Of a stretch of 64,000 nucleotides of DNA, positions 19,190 to 32,976 are shown one piece after another (positions within the stretch are counted from its first letter, which is position 1; each line of letters opens with the position of its first letter). The notes below the pieces were generated by a model. It made no database searches and was not told the origin of the DNA. It worked only from the letters and a program-made list of their open reading frames with translations. This DNA is from the human T2T-CHM13v2.0 reference genome, Homo sapiens. The DNA lies in the NCBI RefSeq assembly GCF_009914755.1, contig NC_060933.1; one strand, given 5' to 3'. The translations under genes and the position numbers were made by a program.

Positions 19190-19434
19190 ATTCACTTCCT
19201 CTGTGAGAGAGCTCCAGCCCTCCTGTACTCACTTCCTCACACAGCACAGCAGCACTCTTGCTGGTTCTGCTGCTTATCTTGAAGAGGTTAGGTTACTTTT
19301 TGTTTCTAGTTATTACTTCGAAACCACTTCTGCCTTAGAAATTTTGTAACCTTCCGCTCAGTTTCCGGTAACCGCCATTTTGTCTCCTGTAACAATTTAC
19401 GCGCCGTGTAACTGTGAATCTTTCAAAGGTATGT
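19190..19434 (+). promoter_or_regulatory. DOCK8: Internal (intron 2) promoter with short non-coding alternative first exon ending at 19428
   Basis: Two CACTTCCTC ETS/PU.1 sites (19193, 19230), RUNX-like AACCAC (19322), Inr-like TCAGTTT (19358), ETS TTCCGG (19363), YY1 CCGCCATTTTG (19372), a local CpG cluster, and strong donor AAG|gtatgt at 19428/19429. Consistent with recalled DOCK8 isoforms starting at Met69. Confidence 0.75.
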
Positions 19435-20015
19435 TTTACTGGAGTGATTTCTGGTTATTTCAGAAGGATAATTTGTGTTGCGTCACTAATGAAATAGTAG
19501 TACGAAAAAACCTATAGCATCTTTTACTGCAGGAGGTAACTTTCCATGCCATTTTTTCACAAAATCTACTTATGACTTCAGTGGCTTGCTAGACTGGCCT
19601 TTTTATTTGTACTTTTCCTGTGTTTCAGAATTGCAGAGTATAATAAAGGCATGTCAAGTGCATATTGTGTCCATTTTCAGGTATATTAGATAAGCTTTAC
19701 ACCAAGATAAATTAGATATGCTTATTGGTTTAATTTGTGCTAATATATATTTAATTGAAAAATCAAAAAAATTTTTTTAAATTGACTGAAGTTGTATTCC
19801 AAAACATGCAAAATTTAGTTTAAAATAGATTGGATACACTTTTAAATTTTAAACAAGGTAGAGGGTTTAGTGCTTTGCTTTTTTAAAAAGTAAATGAAGG
19901 CTGCAGCTTTCTGCAGTAGTTGTCTTGGGAAGTAGTGTGGACATCACTCCTAAGAGACGTTAAGGAAGTTTAGCTAACAGGCTTTAACCCTTTCTCTCCA
20001 TACCAGCTTTTACTC

Positions 20016-20332
20016 TTTTTTTTTTTTTTTTGAGATGGAGTTTAGCTCTTGTCACCCAGGCTGGAGTGCAATGGCACCATCTCGGCTCACCGCAACCTCT
20101 GCCTCCTAGTTCAAGCAATTCTCCTGTAGTTCAAGCAATTCTCCTGCCTCAGCCTCCCGAGTAGCTGGGATTACAGGCATGCACCATCACATCTGGCTAA
20201 TTTTGTATTTTGAGTAGAGACGGGGTTTCTCCATGTTGGTAGGGCTGGTCTCTAACTCCTGACCTCAGGTGATCCGCCCGCCTAGGCCTCCCAAAGTGCT
20301 GGGATTACGAGCATGAGCCACCATGCCCGGCC
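20016..20332 (-). mobile_element. AluSp/Sq-like with internal 20-nt duplication
   Basis: TSD accagcttttact at 20002 and 20333. Confidence 0.9.
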
Positions 20333-21754
20333 ACCAGCTTTTACTTTAATGCCACAGCCTTAAATTTTCTTTCAGGAGAAATTATTTTATGTAAAGTTAC
20401 AAAGGAAAATAATGCTTAATATCTGTAAGCATTCATTTGGTAAGTTTGCTGCCTCCTCAGTAAGTTTTGATGAAAGTGAATTTTGATGAATTACTACCTT
20501 AGCCGGGTAGTGACGTTAACATGTGGCTTAGCTGTCCATTTTCTAAGATATCAAGAAACCAGCAACAATAAGTAAAATTGTTAAATTATGCAAGAATCAC
20601 ATGTTCCTACCTGTCATCATTTAGTCTTGGTTCTATTTGCATGTGAATATTCTTTAGAATATATTACTCCCAGTTATTCCGCTTTACTTTTCTGAATCTC
20701 TTTTCCCATCTCTTGACTTCAACTTCAGTATATGGCTCTTGTTCCTTCTACCTGGAGAACGGAGGCATGTGGAAGCCCAGAAGATTGAATTCTTTTTTTT
20801 TTTTTCTTTTCTTTCTTTTCTTTTTTTTTTTTTTAGATGAATAGTCTGCTTAGGAAATCCATCTCCATAATGTTTACCTGGTATCGTGTTGTAATGTCAG
20901 AATGAAGTGGCTGTTCTTCCCCTTGAGTCATCGTCCCGAATGAAGGTTCCCCAAAAGAAATCATCAACTTACGTGGTGATTTCCTTTTACCTTTAAAAAG
21001 AATATTTCTTTTCATGGAAAGATAATGGAACATGTCGGTAAGATTCATTTCTAGGAAGGCAAAGGAGTAGTTTATCATCTAAAGACTCTCAACCTAAAGC
21101 TGTTTTAGAAAACTTTCCTTAAAATGAGAAGCCGTAGGTTTTCGTTGCATTATTTTGGCTAATTGAAAAATAAGACCAAGTGCGTTCTGACCTTCGTTTC
21201 TCTTACCTTTATTTTTACAACCACCATTTCAATGGCCCACTTGCTGATACAAATGATTGTTTAATTTTAAAAAGCATTTAATTGAAGTCAAGTTATTTAG
21301 AACCTAATCATTTACACGTCTTTGTTGTTGCTGCTGTTTTGCAAGAGTGAAGAGCTTGGAGTCAGGTGAATCTGGGATGAAGTACAGTTGTCATTTATTA
21401 GTCATGTAATTTGTGACAAGCCACTTAATCTCTCTGAAGACTTCAGTTTCTTCATTTGTAAAATTGGCATAATAATGCTGTCCCTAGTAGGGAATATAGA
21501 ATTATATAATGGGTCCTTTGTATATATTGGCTAGTATTGCTCTCTTATGATTTGGCACTATGGAGACACTGTGGGAGATTAAAAGAAGATGATGAATAAA
21601 AGGTGACTTCAGCTCTGAAGGGCTTTATGATCCATTTGGGAGAACAGGTAATGTAGAATATACTGGCTTCAAAAGTGGCAGGTGTTTAGAAGAGAAAAGG
21701 ATACATGATGTGATAGGAGGCAAAGGCTTGATTGAGAAGGCTGAGAAGACTTAG

Positions 21755-22522
<768 letters not shown>

Positions 22523-23107
22523 CATTTAAAAAAACTTTAAAGGTAGACGTATTCCAAATGGGGGGAATATATAAAGAAAGGTAACACTTATTTTGCCCTG
22601 TGTGCTTTGAATTTCAGAAGGTGTAGTAAGCAAAGACCACTTACTAACCCTACAGATATATCCTTAGAAAATACAGTGGTTTCTGTCATAAATCTGATAA
22701 ATCAGATGAGAGGAAGGGTGTATGTTTGATGTTGATTTTTCTTTTTGTTTTATTGGGGTTTTTAAAAACTATAAATATCAGGTCTGATGACTATGTGTAT
22801 AAACATTTTCTAAGTAGATAAAATATTTTCAAATTTTGCATTTTTTAGTATGAAGGGGATCCATCATTTGAAGTTGGTTTTCTAGATGTGATGATAAACT
22901 TGTCCCAGGTCTATTTGACACTCCTACCAAAATCCTTTGTGACCAGGGCTAGAAGGCAGCTGTGGCTAGTAAATAACCCTGTGTGTAGACTCACTTATTG
23001 GCTTTGGCATTCTCTATTGCCACAGCTGTGTGAATAGATTAACCAGAGACCCTCTGGTGCCAGCCACCTATTCAGGCAAACAAGTCTATAATCAGTACCT
23101 CTGTTAA

Positions 23108-23447
<340 letters not shown>

Positions 23448-23464
23448 TGATTGTTCAAAGTAGA

Positions 23465-23760
23465 AGCCAGGCACAATGGCTCATGGCTGTATGTAATCCC
23501 AACAATTTGGGAGGCAGAGGCAGGAGGATAGCTTGAAGCCAAGAGTTCGAGGCCAGCCTAGGCAACATAGTGAGAACTCATCTCTACAACAAAGTTAAAA
23601 AGAAAAATTAGCCAGGCATGGTGGCACATGCCTTTAGTCCCAGCTACTTGCGAGGCTGAGGCAGAAGGATCACTTGAACTCAGGAGTTGGAGGCTGCAGT
23701 GAGCCATGATTGAGCCACAGTACTCTAGCCTGGGCAACAGAGTGAGACCCTGTCTCAGAA
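23465..23760 (+). mobile_element. AluJ
   Basis: Sense dimer whose tail has expanded to (GAGAA)n. Confidence 0.88.
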
Positions 23761-23930
23761 AAGAAAAGAGAAGAGAGGAGAAGAGAAAGAGAGAAGAGAA
23801 GAGAAGAGAAGAGAAGAGAAGAGAAGAGAAGACATACAAAAGAAGAGTAACATACAAGAGAAGAGTTAGGAGACCCTGTCTCAGAGGAAAGGAGGGGAGG
23901 GGAGGCGAGAGGACAAGAGAAGAAAGAGTT
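23757..23930 (+). repeat. (GAGAA)n and purine-rich tract
   Basis: Direct reading. Confidence 0.85.
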
Positions 23931-24721
23931 AGGATCTATGCCCTAAGGAAGTAAGGAGGATTTGAGACTGTGTAGGTGGTTAATAACCTTAAGCTACATA
24001 TTTTATGGAGGGAAAAATCCTATTTTTAAAAGTGAGAATAGAACAATTTTGAAGTGAAATGGAATGAATTAGCTGGACCATAACGGCTCTGACTGAAGAA
24101 AAGGATGTAAAAAGCCACATCCTGGATATGTACCAAACACCATGGTTACATGGCATGTTTGTATATGTAACATTTATTTAAAAAAAAAGTCTCATAGCTT
24201 AGAAGGCATTTATTTTTGTTATGTGTATAGGCTTCTGTGCAATAAAGCAGCCTTTTTTATTTTACAGCTCATGATGACTTAAATGGTTAATTGCCTGATA
24301 AATATGGTCCTCTTTTATTCTTCTGATTCTGTTGTTCTTTTGCACTTCATCTTTCAAGGGGTTGGGCTATTCTTAGGTTTCACTGATTGCACTGGAAGGG
24401 ACATGACGGAAAATGAAGATCTCAAGATAATTTTCTTGCAAATTCACAATGGAAGATAAAAGGAAAGAGTGGCAGGCATTCTGCACACAGAGCAGACGTT
24501 TCTTTATTGTCATTGTTCAGCAGAGGAATCAACTCAGCCTTGGTGAAACTAGAGTGATGCCCATGGTGGCATGTCAGCATCTCCCTCTTAGTGGCATCAG
24601 TGCTAGATTGTTGTTGTTGGAAGCAGGAGAGTGTTTAGTCCATAAAGTACAGAACTTCGATATCACAGAAGCTAGAAGAACTTTACTGCCTTCAGCTTCG
24701 TTTAAAGATAGTAGAGAGCTT

Positions 24722-26070
24722 ACTCATTCGTTTTAGAAATATGTATTGGGTCTCTATGTCAGGAACTGCTGGCACAGCAGTGAGATTGAAGATACAACAG
24801 TGAATACAATAGAGGGCCTATCCTCATAGAGTTTGCCTTTCAGAATGAGGGACAGACGCAGACAAATAGAAAATGTCGATTGTGTCAGGGAGTATTGAGG
24901 GCTTTGAAGAATGAAATCGTGACCCAGAAGAGATGCTTTTAGATTGGATCATCCGTGAAGGCCTCTATCTAGAAAGGAGACACTTGGGCAGAATTCTGAA
25001 TGAACTTGACGGACATCTGAAGGAAAAATATTCCAGTCAGAAGGAACAGTACGTGCAAAGTCCCCAAAACTTCAATAAGTGACGTGCTCCAGAAGCAGCA
25101 AGGAAGCAGAATGAGGCCTGAACAGAGTGGGCAGTAGGAAATGCAGTCATAGAGAAAGCAGGGCTGGGTCACAGGCCTCAGAGACTGTAGAACATTGGCT
25201 CCTACTCTAAGACAGGAAGCTGCTGTGAGCATTGAGGTTGGGCGTGGAACCATTTGACTTTTTATGAGGATCACTCTGGCTGCAGTGTGGAAAATAGACT
25301 GGACGAGGGAGGGCAGTTAGGAAGATGTCACGGTAACTCAGGAAAGCAATACCGGTGCTTTGGACGAGGGTGGTGGCAGAAGAGAAAGTGAGAAGTATTC
25401 TGGATATATTTCAGAAGAAAGTGGATAGGATTTTCTGATGGGTGATATGTAGAGTGTAGGAGAAAGAGAAGAAGCAAGATTGACTTTAATATTTTCCACC
25501 TGGGCAATTGGTGGACTGGAATTGCCACTTGCAGAAGTGTGGAGGTATGGAAGGTATGGGAAGAGCAGATTGCCAGGAAAATTGAGTTAGTTTTGAACTC
25601 ATTGTGTTTGAGAGGTCTGTTAAATTATCAAGTAGTGATGTTGAGGTGTAATTGGAAAAGTCAACCTGGAATTTATGGCAGAAGTTGAGGCTGCAGATAT
25701 AAACTTGTAATTTTAAAAATGTATATTTAAAGCCATGGGAGTGAATGAGATCATTTGAGATTGAATGCAGATTGAGAAGAGATTTAGAATTGAACTCCAG
25801 GGCACTGCATAGCAGGAGGAAAACCTAGTAAAAGTGGTATCTGTAAAATAGAGGAACGAACTGTCACAATTTGCCTGGTACTGAGGATTTTCTCAGTACA
25901 TGAGACTTTAAGAGACTGGGACACCCTGAGACAATTGGTTGCCTTCCATGGGAGGAAAGTATGTCAAGAGGGAGAGAGTGAACAACTGTGTCCAATAAAC
26001 CAGGACTGAGCAAAAACCATTGAATTTGGCATCATGAAGTCTTAGGTGACTTTGACAAGGCTTGTCTGTT
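24722..26070 (-). mobile_element. L2 (antisense)
   Basis: tcattcg...tattgg...ctatgtcagg...acagcagtga start; aggatcactctggctgcagtgtgga body. Confidence 0.75.
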
Positions 26071-26721
26071 GTGAACAGCCAAGTAAATGTGAGGACCACT
26101 CTCCAAAAGGTAAAGAAACATGCATGAGGATACAGGTGCGCCAGCTGGAGACATCATGCCTCTTCCCTGTGCCCACCAGGAGTGGCGTGAAGCCTCCCCA
26201 GTGCTGTAACGAGGCAGCCAGGTCCTGTGTGACTGCACATGTGACTTGGGGCAAGTCATTTAACCTCTCTGTTTTCACTATCCTATTTGTGAAATATTGT
26301 TTAGATTTGTGGTTTGAGTCAGCTATCTGTATACTACACTGTGTTAGGAGCTATGTAGATTAATTTTCAACAGATATGGTTCTGGGGTTGTAGGAATTTT
26401 CAATTTGAGAACAAATTGAATCTTACCCTTTGTCAGGAGAAATAGCCTTTGACATGTGTTAGGGGCAAGGGAAATCTCAAACTTGCTTAATTTTAAAAAT
26501 GAATATTTGGTTGTGGATAATTTAAGCTTTGGTGATATTTCTAATTATTTTTTGTGTGTTTCTAGTCTACTGACCAGAAGTCTGAAAAAAACAACTAAAA
26601 AGAAAGACTGCATAAGCCTTCACTAGAGAAGTATTGAAAATTGCTTGAGGGAAGTGACGGTTTCTTTAGCCTAGTGTCTGTAGGACCCCAGTGTAGTGTT
26701 TGTTGAATGAATGAAAGGAGG

Positions 26722-27243
26722 CGTATCAGTCAGGTTCACTCAGAGAAACAGAAGCTGTAGGAAATCCATATGGATGTGTGTGAAGGTATTGGCTTGCCTA
26801 CTGCTGGTGTGTGGCTAAGCGAGCTTAAAAGTCCGCAGGGCAGATAGTCAGGAAGGAAATATTCCCAACAGACTGAGCTCCCTTGGGCACAAGCTGAAGC
26901 CTGGAGTCTGAACTGCCAGAGAGCCTCTACCTTCTTAGAAAAGGCTTCCCACTGGCTAAGTCAGGCCCACCCAGGGGAATCTCTCCTTTGATTAACTTAA
27001 AGTCACCTGTTTAGGGACTTTAATTACATTGGCAATAGTCCCTTCACAGAAGCACCTAAATGACTGATGATGTAACTGAAAAAATGTGTGTGTATGCTAC
27101 AAAATGGCTGCAGTCTCCCTTCTGTCCTCCAGCTCTTGCAGGAGAACTCTCTTGTAGCTCACCCTGTCTGAAAACATACTGGAAAGGAATTCAAGGAAAT
27201 GTAGTTCAGCCTAGCCACGTTGACACATCATGAAGCCGTCACA
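26722..27243. mobile_element. MLT2-family (ERVL) solo LTR
   Basis: gtatcagtcaggttc...cagagaaacagaa start; agcctagccacgttgacacat...tcaca end. Confidence 0.75.
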
Positions 27244-27313
27244 AAAGGTAAAGCCTGGTTTAGGAGCATTTGCATTTGCAGTCTTAAGTATTTTTGTCTT
27301 ATTTTTCAAAAGG

Positions 27314-27602
27314 GGTTGGGCACGGTGGCTCACGCCTGTAATCCCAATACTTTGGGAGGCCGAGGTGAGTAGATCACTTGAGGCCAGGAGTTTGAGACCA
27401 GCCAGGCCAACGTAGTGGAACCCCGTCTCCACTAAAATGACAATAATTAGCCAGGCGTGGTGGCGCATGCCTGTAATCCCAGCTATTCAGGAGGCTGAGG
27501 CACAAGAATTTCTTGAACCCAGGAGGTGGAGGTTGCAGTGAGCCGAGATCCCGCCACTGCAGTCCAGCAACGGAGTGAGACTCTGTCTCAAAAAAAAAAA
27601 AA
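27314..27602 (+). mobile_element. AluS
   Basis: Sense dimer. Confidence 0.9.
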
Positions 27603-27983
27603 GTTGTTTTGGTTTTTAATTTTTGATTTTTTCTTATGTTATTACATATAACGAATGATATGCATACTCTGAAAAATCATGACATAAAGGGGACCTTGAA
27701 ATTACTTTGATGTTCATTTAAACTAGTCTTTGGTCTCCACTGGCTAGGAGACCACATATAGCAGAACAGCAGAGAAAGCAAAACAGTTAATTTTCATGTT
27801 TGGCTTTTGAGCTTCCAGGGACCCAAGTCTTGCCTTGAACCGATCTTAGGAAATTCCTCATTCCCTACCCGACCCTGTTTCTAAACTGCATCCCTGCTGA
27901 AATGCAATGCCACTGTAACTCTCTCCAATATTTGTTTTCTTCTTTGGCTTACCACTAGATGTATGTATATATGTTTGTGTGCC

Positions 27984-28006
27984 TGTGTGTGTGTGTGTGT
28001 GTGTGT
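27984..28006 (+). repeat. (TG)n microsatellite
   Basis: Direct reading. Confidence 0.9.
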
Positions 28007-28736
28007 TGACTGCCTCATAGTAAAGCCTACTCTTGAGATTAAGACTCCTGATAGTTTAGAGAACAGAAATCTTTTTTAGTTCCTGGTTATTACTTGAATT
28101 TGCAAGAGGAACAACTGCTAGGAGGCCTAGTTAACAGTAGTTAGGGTCTCCACCCACTTGCCAAGGGCAAGACTAGTTTACACCACATTTGGAATGACCA
28201 GTTTCCTCCCACTTTAGTTTCAGTGTAGAAAGAGTAGGGGAGACGAACTATTCAATGTCAGCTTGGGTGTAGTGCCAGAACCGTACTCAGTAATGCTGTC
28301 ATTGCTGTTGGTGCTCACCAGCTCTTCAGTACTGGAATAGCTTCAGACCTCGAGAGTTTATGACTTTATCATCAACTGGGTGTGTTGCCCTTGGCACATT
28401 GCCACACAGTGCTTAATGATGATATATGTTCTTTATCAAATTCCCCCCACCAAATAATGGCATTATTTACGTGTGAGAAAGTTGCACATTTCACCACCTC
28501 ATGGTTTATTAGAGTGCAATTCCGTGAGAACAACTGCCTGTGATCCTCTGTATCCCCAGTGGCCAACTCAGGAGCTCAGTATGCCCTACCCAGTAGATGC
28601 TCAGAACATCATTGCTGAGTGAGGAAGTCAGCCATCATTTTCTCCCTGGATAGTCTCTCCTGTAGATAACAGGGGCCGTTATCAGCCAGGTTTTTCATCA
28701 TTTGTGGCTTTGAATTTCAGGGACATGACAAGTTTG

Positions 28737-29062
28737 CTTTTTGTTTCGTTTTGTTTTTTTTTTTTTTTTGGTTTTCTAGAGACAGGGTCTTCCTGTCACT
28801 CAGGCTGGAGTGCAGTGATGTGATCACAGCTCACTGCAGCCTCGAACTCCTGGGCTCAGTGTTTCTCCCATCTCAGCCTTTGGAGTAGCCAGCAGTATAG
28901 GTGGTGTACCACCACACCCATCTAACTTTAAAAAAAAAAAAATTGTAAAGACAGAGTCTCACTTTTTTGCCCAGGCTGGTCTCATACTCCTGGCTCAAGC
29001 AATCCTCCTGCGTTGGCCTCCCGAAGTGCTGGGACTGCAGGTGTGAGCCACCTTGCCTATCC
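28737..29062 (-). mobile_element. AluJ
   Basis: Antisense dimer. Confidence 0.88.
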
Positions 29063-29464
29063 AACATGACAAGTATTATTCTCTGGCAGGAAGTGAAATT
29101 TTTTCTCACTGATGATTGCACACAAATGTCATATCTCCATGAGGCTTCTACTCACTAGTTTTACGGCTCATGTCACCTTGCTTCAAACTATGCTTCAGTA
29201 TAATTTTGAAGTGTATATTTCCATTGCCTCTCCTTGAGTAATTGATATTCTTCACAATAAGTTTACATTTATTATCACTTTTATTTACTTACTATTATTA
29301 CTCTGAGCAGCCAATCTTATGAGAAGCTCAGAGTGGAACGTGTGGGTCCTGGTAAATATATTATTTGACTCACTTCCAAACACACTTAATATTGCCTGGT
29401 GTTTTGATTATTTCAAAATATACAGATTTCTTGAAAGGCCTGCAAAAGGAAACAATCAAAATTA

Positions 29465-30378
29465 TAGCGGTTAAGAATGTGAGTCTGCCTTGGTTTGAAT
29501 TCCAGATGGGCCAGTCCCTAGCTGTGTAATCATGGGAAAATTATTAAATCTCTAGCCTCGCTTTCTTCATCTGTAAAATGAGCATACAGGCTGAGCATCC
29601 CTAGTCCGAAAATGCAAAATTCAAAATGCTCCAAAATCTGAAACTTTTTTTGTGCCTCCATGACGCCACAAGTGGAAAATTCCACACCTGACCTCACGTG
29701 ATAGGTCACAGTCAAAACATTGTTTCATACACACAATACTTTTTTTTATTTGTATAAGTTTAAGTGGTACAAGTGCAGTTTTGCTACATGAATATACTGC
29801 ATAGTGGTAAAGTCTGGACTTTTAGTGTCTCCATCACCCAAATAGCATCCATTGTATTCATTCAGGAATCTAGCATCCCTCACCCCCTCCCATCTTCCCA
29901 CCTCTCCAAGCCTTTCATGTCTAGCATTCTGTGTCCATGTGTACACATTATTTAGCTCCCACTTCTAAATGAAAACATGTGATATCTGTCTTTCTGTTTC
30001 TGAGTTTTTTCACTTAAGATAATGGCCTCCAGTTCCATCCACGTTGCTGCAAGAGACATGATTTCATTCTTTGTTATGACTGAATAGAATTATTCAGGCA
30101 CAAAATTATTAAAAATATTGTTTAAAATTACCTTCAGGCTATGTGTATAAGGTGTATATGAAACATAAATGAATTTAATGTTTACATTTGGGTTCCATCC
30201 CGTGGATGTCTCATTTTGTATATGTAAATATGACATGATATGAAAAATTCAAAACTCTGAAACACCAATTGAACTCAATTTGCAGTAAGAATGCATACCT
30301 CACAGGGTTATAGTGAGGATTGAATGAGACAATCCTAGTCCAATTTCTTTGCACATAGTAATGCTCAATAATTATTAC
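29465..30378. mobile_element. Nested MIR > Tigger4-like (29587-~30265) > antisense L1 3' end (29741-~30088)
   Basis: MIR core ends at catctgtaaaatg and resumes at atacctcacagggtt. Tigger caggctgagcatcccta...atgctccaaaatctgaaac resumes at gcacaaaattattaaaaatattg. Confidence 0.8.
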
Positions 30379-30911
30379 TTAAATGGGTATAAACTTTATA
30401 GTAATGAGGTTGGGGCTGGAAAAAATGCAGTTTCATAATTTCCTATAGAAGTCATTCAATCCTGACTCTAAACTCTGTATTCCATGTGGTGGTTGGGTGG
30501 CGTGGGAGAGTCCTCTTTATCCTGTGGGGTTGGTCCTATGGAGGTGTCTGTGGCAGATTGGCAGATGCATTTGTCTTGTGCATAGATGGTGTCTGTTGTT
30601 TCCTCTGGCAGAGTTCACCAGTGTCCTAATGCAAACTTAGTCCTCATCTGGCTCCTGCACAGGCTGATCTCTGGCTCCTTTAGCCCCTCATGGTTCCTGT
30701 TGTTTCATTTTCAGAGGGACCCTTGTAAGGACTATAGTCCTCTCTTCAGCTGACTTTCAGGTCCCCAGTCAGAACCAAGGGAACCGACTCTGTCCCTTCT
30801 CATAGCACCTGAAAACCCCGGGAAACGAGGGGAATGCTTTGCTCTCAGCTACTGAGGTTGTCCTGTCACCTTCTCTTCTGCCCTCCTTTGCCATGGCATA
30901 GGATAATGTAA

Positions 30912-31445
30912 GTCAGCAATCTCATTACTCGGTATATAGCCAGAGGAATATAAATCATTCTAGCATAAAGACACACGCGTGTGAATGTTTATTGCAACAC
31001 TATTCACAATAGCAAAGACATGGAATCAACTTAAATGCCCATCAATGACAGATTGGATGCAGAAAATGTGGTACATATACAGCATGGAATACTATGCAGC
31101 CATAAAAATAATGAGATCATGCCTTTTGTGGGAACATGGATGGAACTGGAGGCTATTATCCTTTGCAAACTAACGCAGAAATAGAAAACCAAATGCTGCA
31201 TGTTCTCACTTATAAGTGGGAGCTAAATGATGAGAACTTACCAACACAAAGAAAAGAACAACAGACACTGTGGCCTACTTGTGGGTGAAGGGTGGTAAGA
31301 GGGAGAGGAGCAGAAAAGATAACTATGTGGTCCTGGGCTTAATACCTGGGTGATAAAATAATTGTACAACAAACCCCCATGACATGACTTTAGCTATGTA
31401 ACAAACCTTCACATGTACCCCCAAACCTAAAAGTTAAAAAAAAAA
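30912..31445 (+). mobile_element. L1P 3' fragment
   Basis: cacaatagcaaagacatggaatcaac...ttctcacttataagtgggagctaaatgatgaga...A tail. Confidence 0.9.
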
Positions 31446-32800
31446 TCCCAGACAGGAAGTAGGGCATATTTTGCCTAATTTGCAGCTTCATCCTCACTCC
31501 CTAACTTACGCCACTCATGTCTCCTCCATCATCAGGGACAGCAAGAGTGGGGAGGGGACGAGGCCTGCCACATCTCCATTCTCTGATCTTATTTCCTCTT
31601 GCCTCTTCAACAGCGCTTTGTCTCTCCTCTCCAGCTTGAAGCCCTTACTCTGGTATGTGATTTCAAAGCGATGAAAAACTGGTTTCGTTAGTACTTCCCT
31701 TGGATCTGCCCTTGTCTCCCATCAAGGCAGTGCAAGTAAAGAATCCAAGATATTTGTTTTGTTGGTCCACTGGAGGGTAGAGATAGAGAAAAACAGTAAC
31801 TTCCCCACCACCCCCAACCTCCCTTGGGCTGATGACTCCAAAGACTGCCATAAATGAACACTTCATAGAGCTGCTATTAATATGACACAAATCTACTTGA
31901 TCTAAGGGATTCTTTTACTTTCTTAGGGTGGTCATTCCTAAGTCTTTGGATTTCACAGAAAAGAAAATATATTTTAATTGAGGACTGACAAAGGTTGCCA
32001 ACTTTTTATCAATTATAAGAATTGTTTTTATAATTACCATCAATTTCTATTATTTCTTTTACTCCCCCTCTTTCCAACTGTGGAAGGTAAAATTGAAGAG
32101 CAAAGAACACTTATTTCAAAGTGAGTAAATTTAGCTATATGAAAACTCAGCAGATTGCCCTGAGTTTCCTTGCGTAGCTGCAGTCCAGTGGAAATTTCTT
32201 CCAGACCAGCACCAGTCGCCCCAGTGACATTTAGAAATCACTGCCCTGGATTGTTTCAGCCACCGAAACACTCGGTGTTCACTGTCAGCTATGATTATAT
32301 ATGAAGTGCTTTCGAGAACCAATGTATAGCATAACTTAGGCCAAAAGAAACACTGTGCCTAAACACTCAGCCAAGGAGTGTTGAGTTTGCCTGGATTTCT
32401 GGAAAATTGTCTCCGTTCCCTAGTTCACTGTATTTGGGTAAACAAAACATGGCCTCGGAGAGCCTTTGCGGGAGAAATTATAAAAATTCAGCAAAGCTTT
32501 GTGATCTCATTTTGGATCTCCTCAGGATTCCTCATCAAGTTGCAATTAAGGAGAGAAAAATTCCGCCTTGGGGTGGGATTTTAATTACTCATCATGTTAT
32601 GACTTGACTTTCTGTGCTGCATTTTTTTCCATATCACTACTTCTGTGTTTGACAGCTCCTCCAAAGAGTCGCTCCGTTTTATGCCAGGAGCGAAGTACTT
32701 ACTAAGTCAAAGGAAAGCAAGGCAAACATCTACTATTGCCTTTGTGCTTTTACCAGAAAACTGGGTGAGAACCTCCTTTTCCTTTTCCCTGCCCCTCCAG

Positions 32801-32976
32801 CCTCAGTTTTATGACCCTGTGGAGCCAGTGGACTTTGAAGGACTTCTGATGACACACCTGAACAGCCTGGATGTGCAGCTTGCCCAGGAGCTCGGGGACT
32901 TCACTGATGACGACTTGGACGTGGTGTTCACGACAAAGGAATGTAGGACTTTGCAGCCCTCTTTGCCGGAGGAAGG
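32801..32976 (+). CDS. DOCK8: DOCK8 exon 3 (176 nt; [20 protein letters not shown]...LPEEG), contains Met69 at 32849
   Basis: Strong pyrimidine tract ccttttccttttccctgcccctccag| and donor GG|gtaaat. Lies within ORF 32645..32980 and is in frame with exon 2. Confidence 0.97.

Noticed and set aside
23558-23954. Low-complexity ORFs (LLFSS and REEKR repeats)
   Set aside because: They are translations of the (GAGAA)n microsatellite
24580-24600. CTCF-like motif (and another near 50715)
   Set aside because: Imperfect matches that are expected by chance in 64 kb
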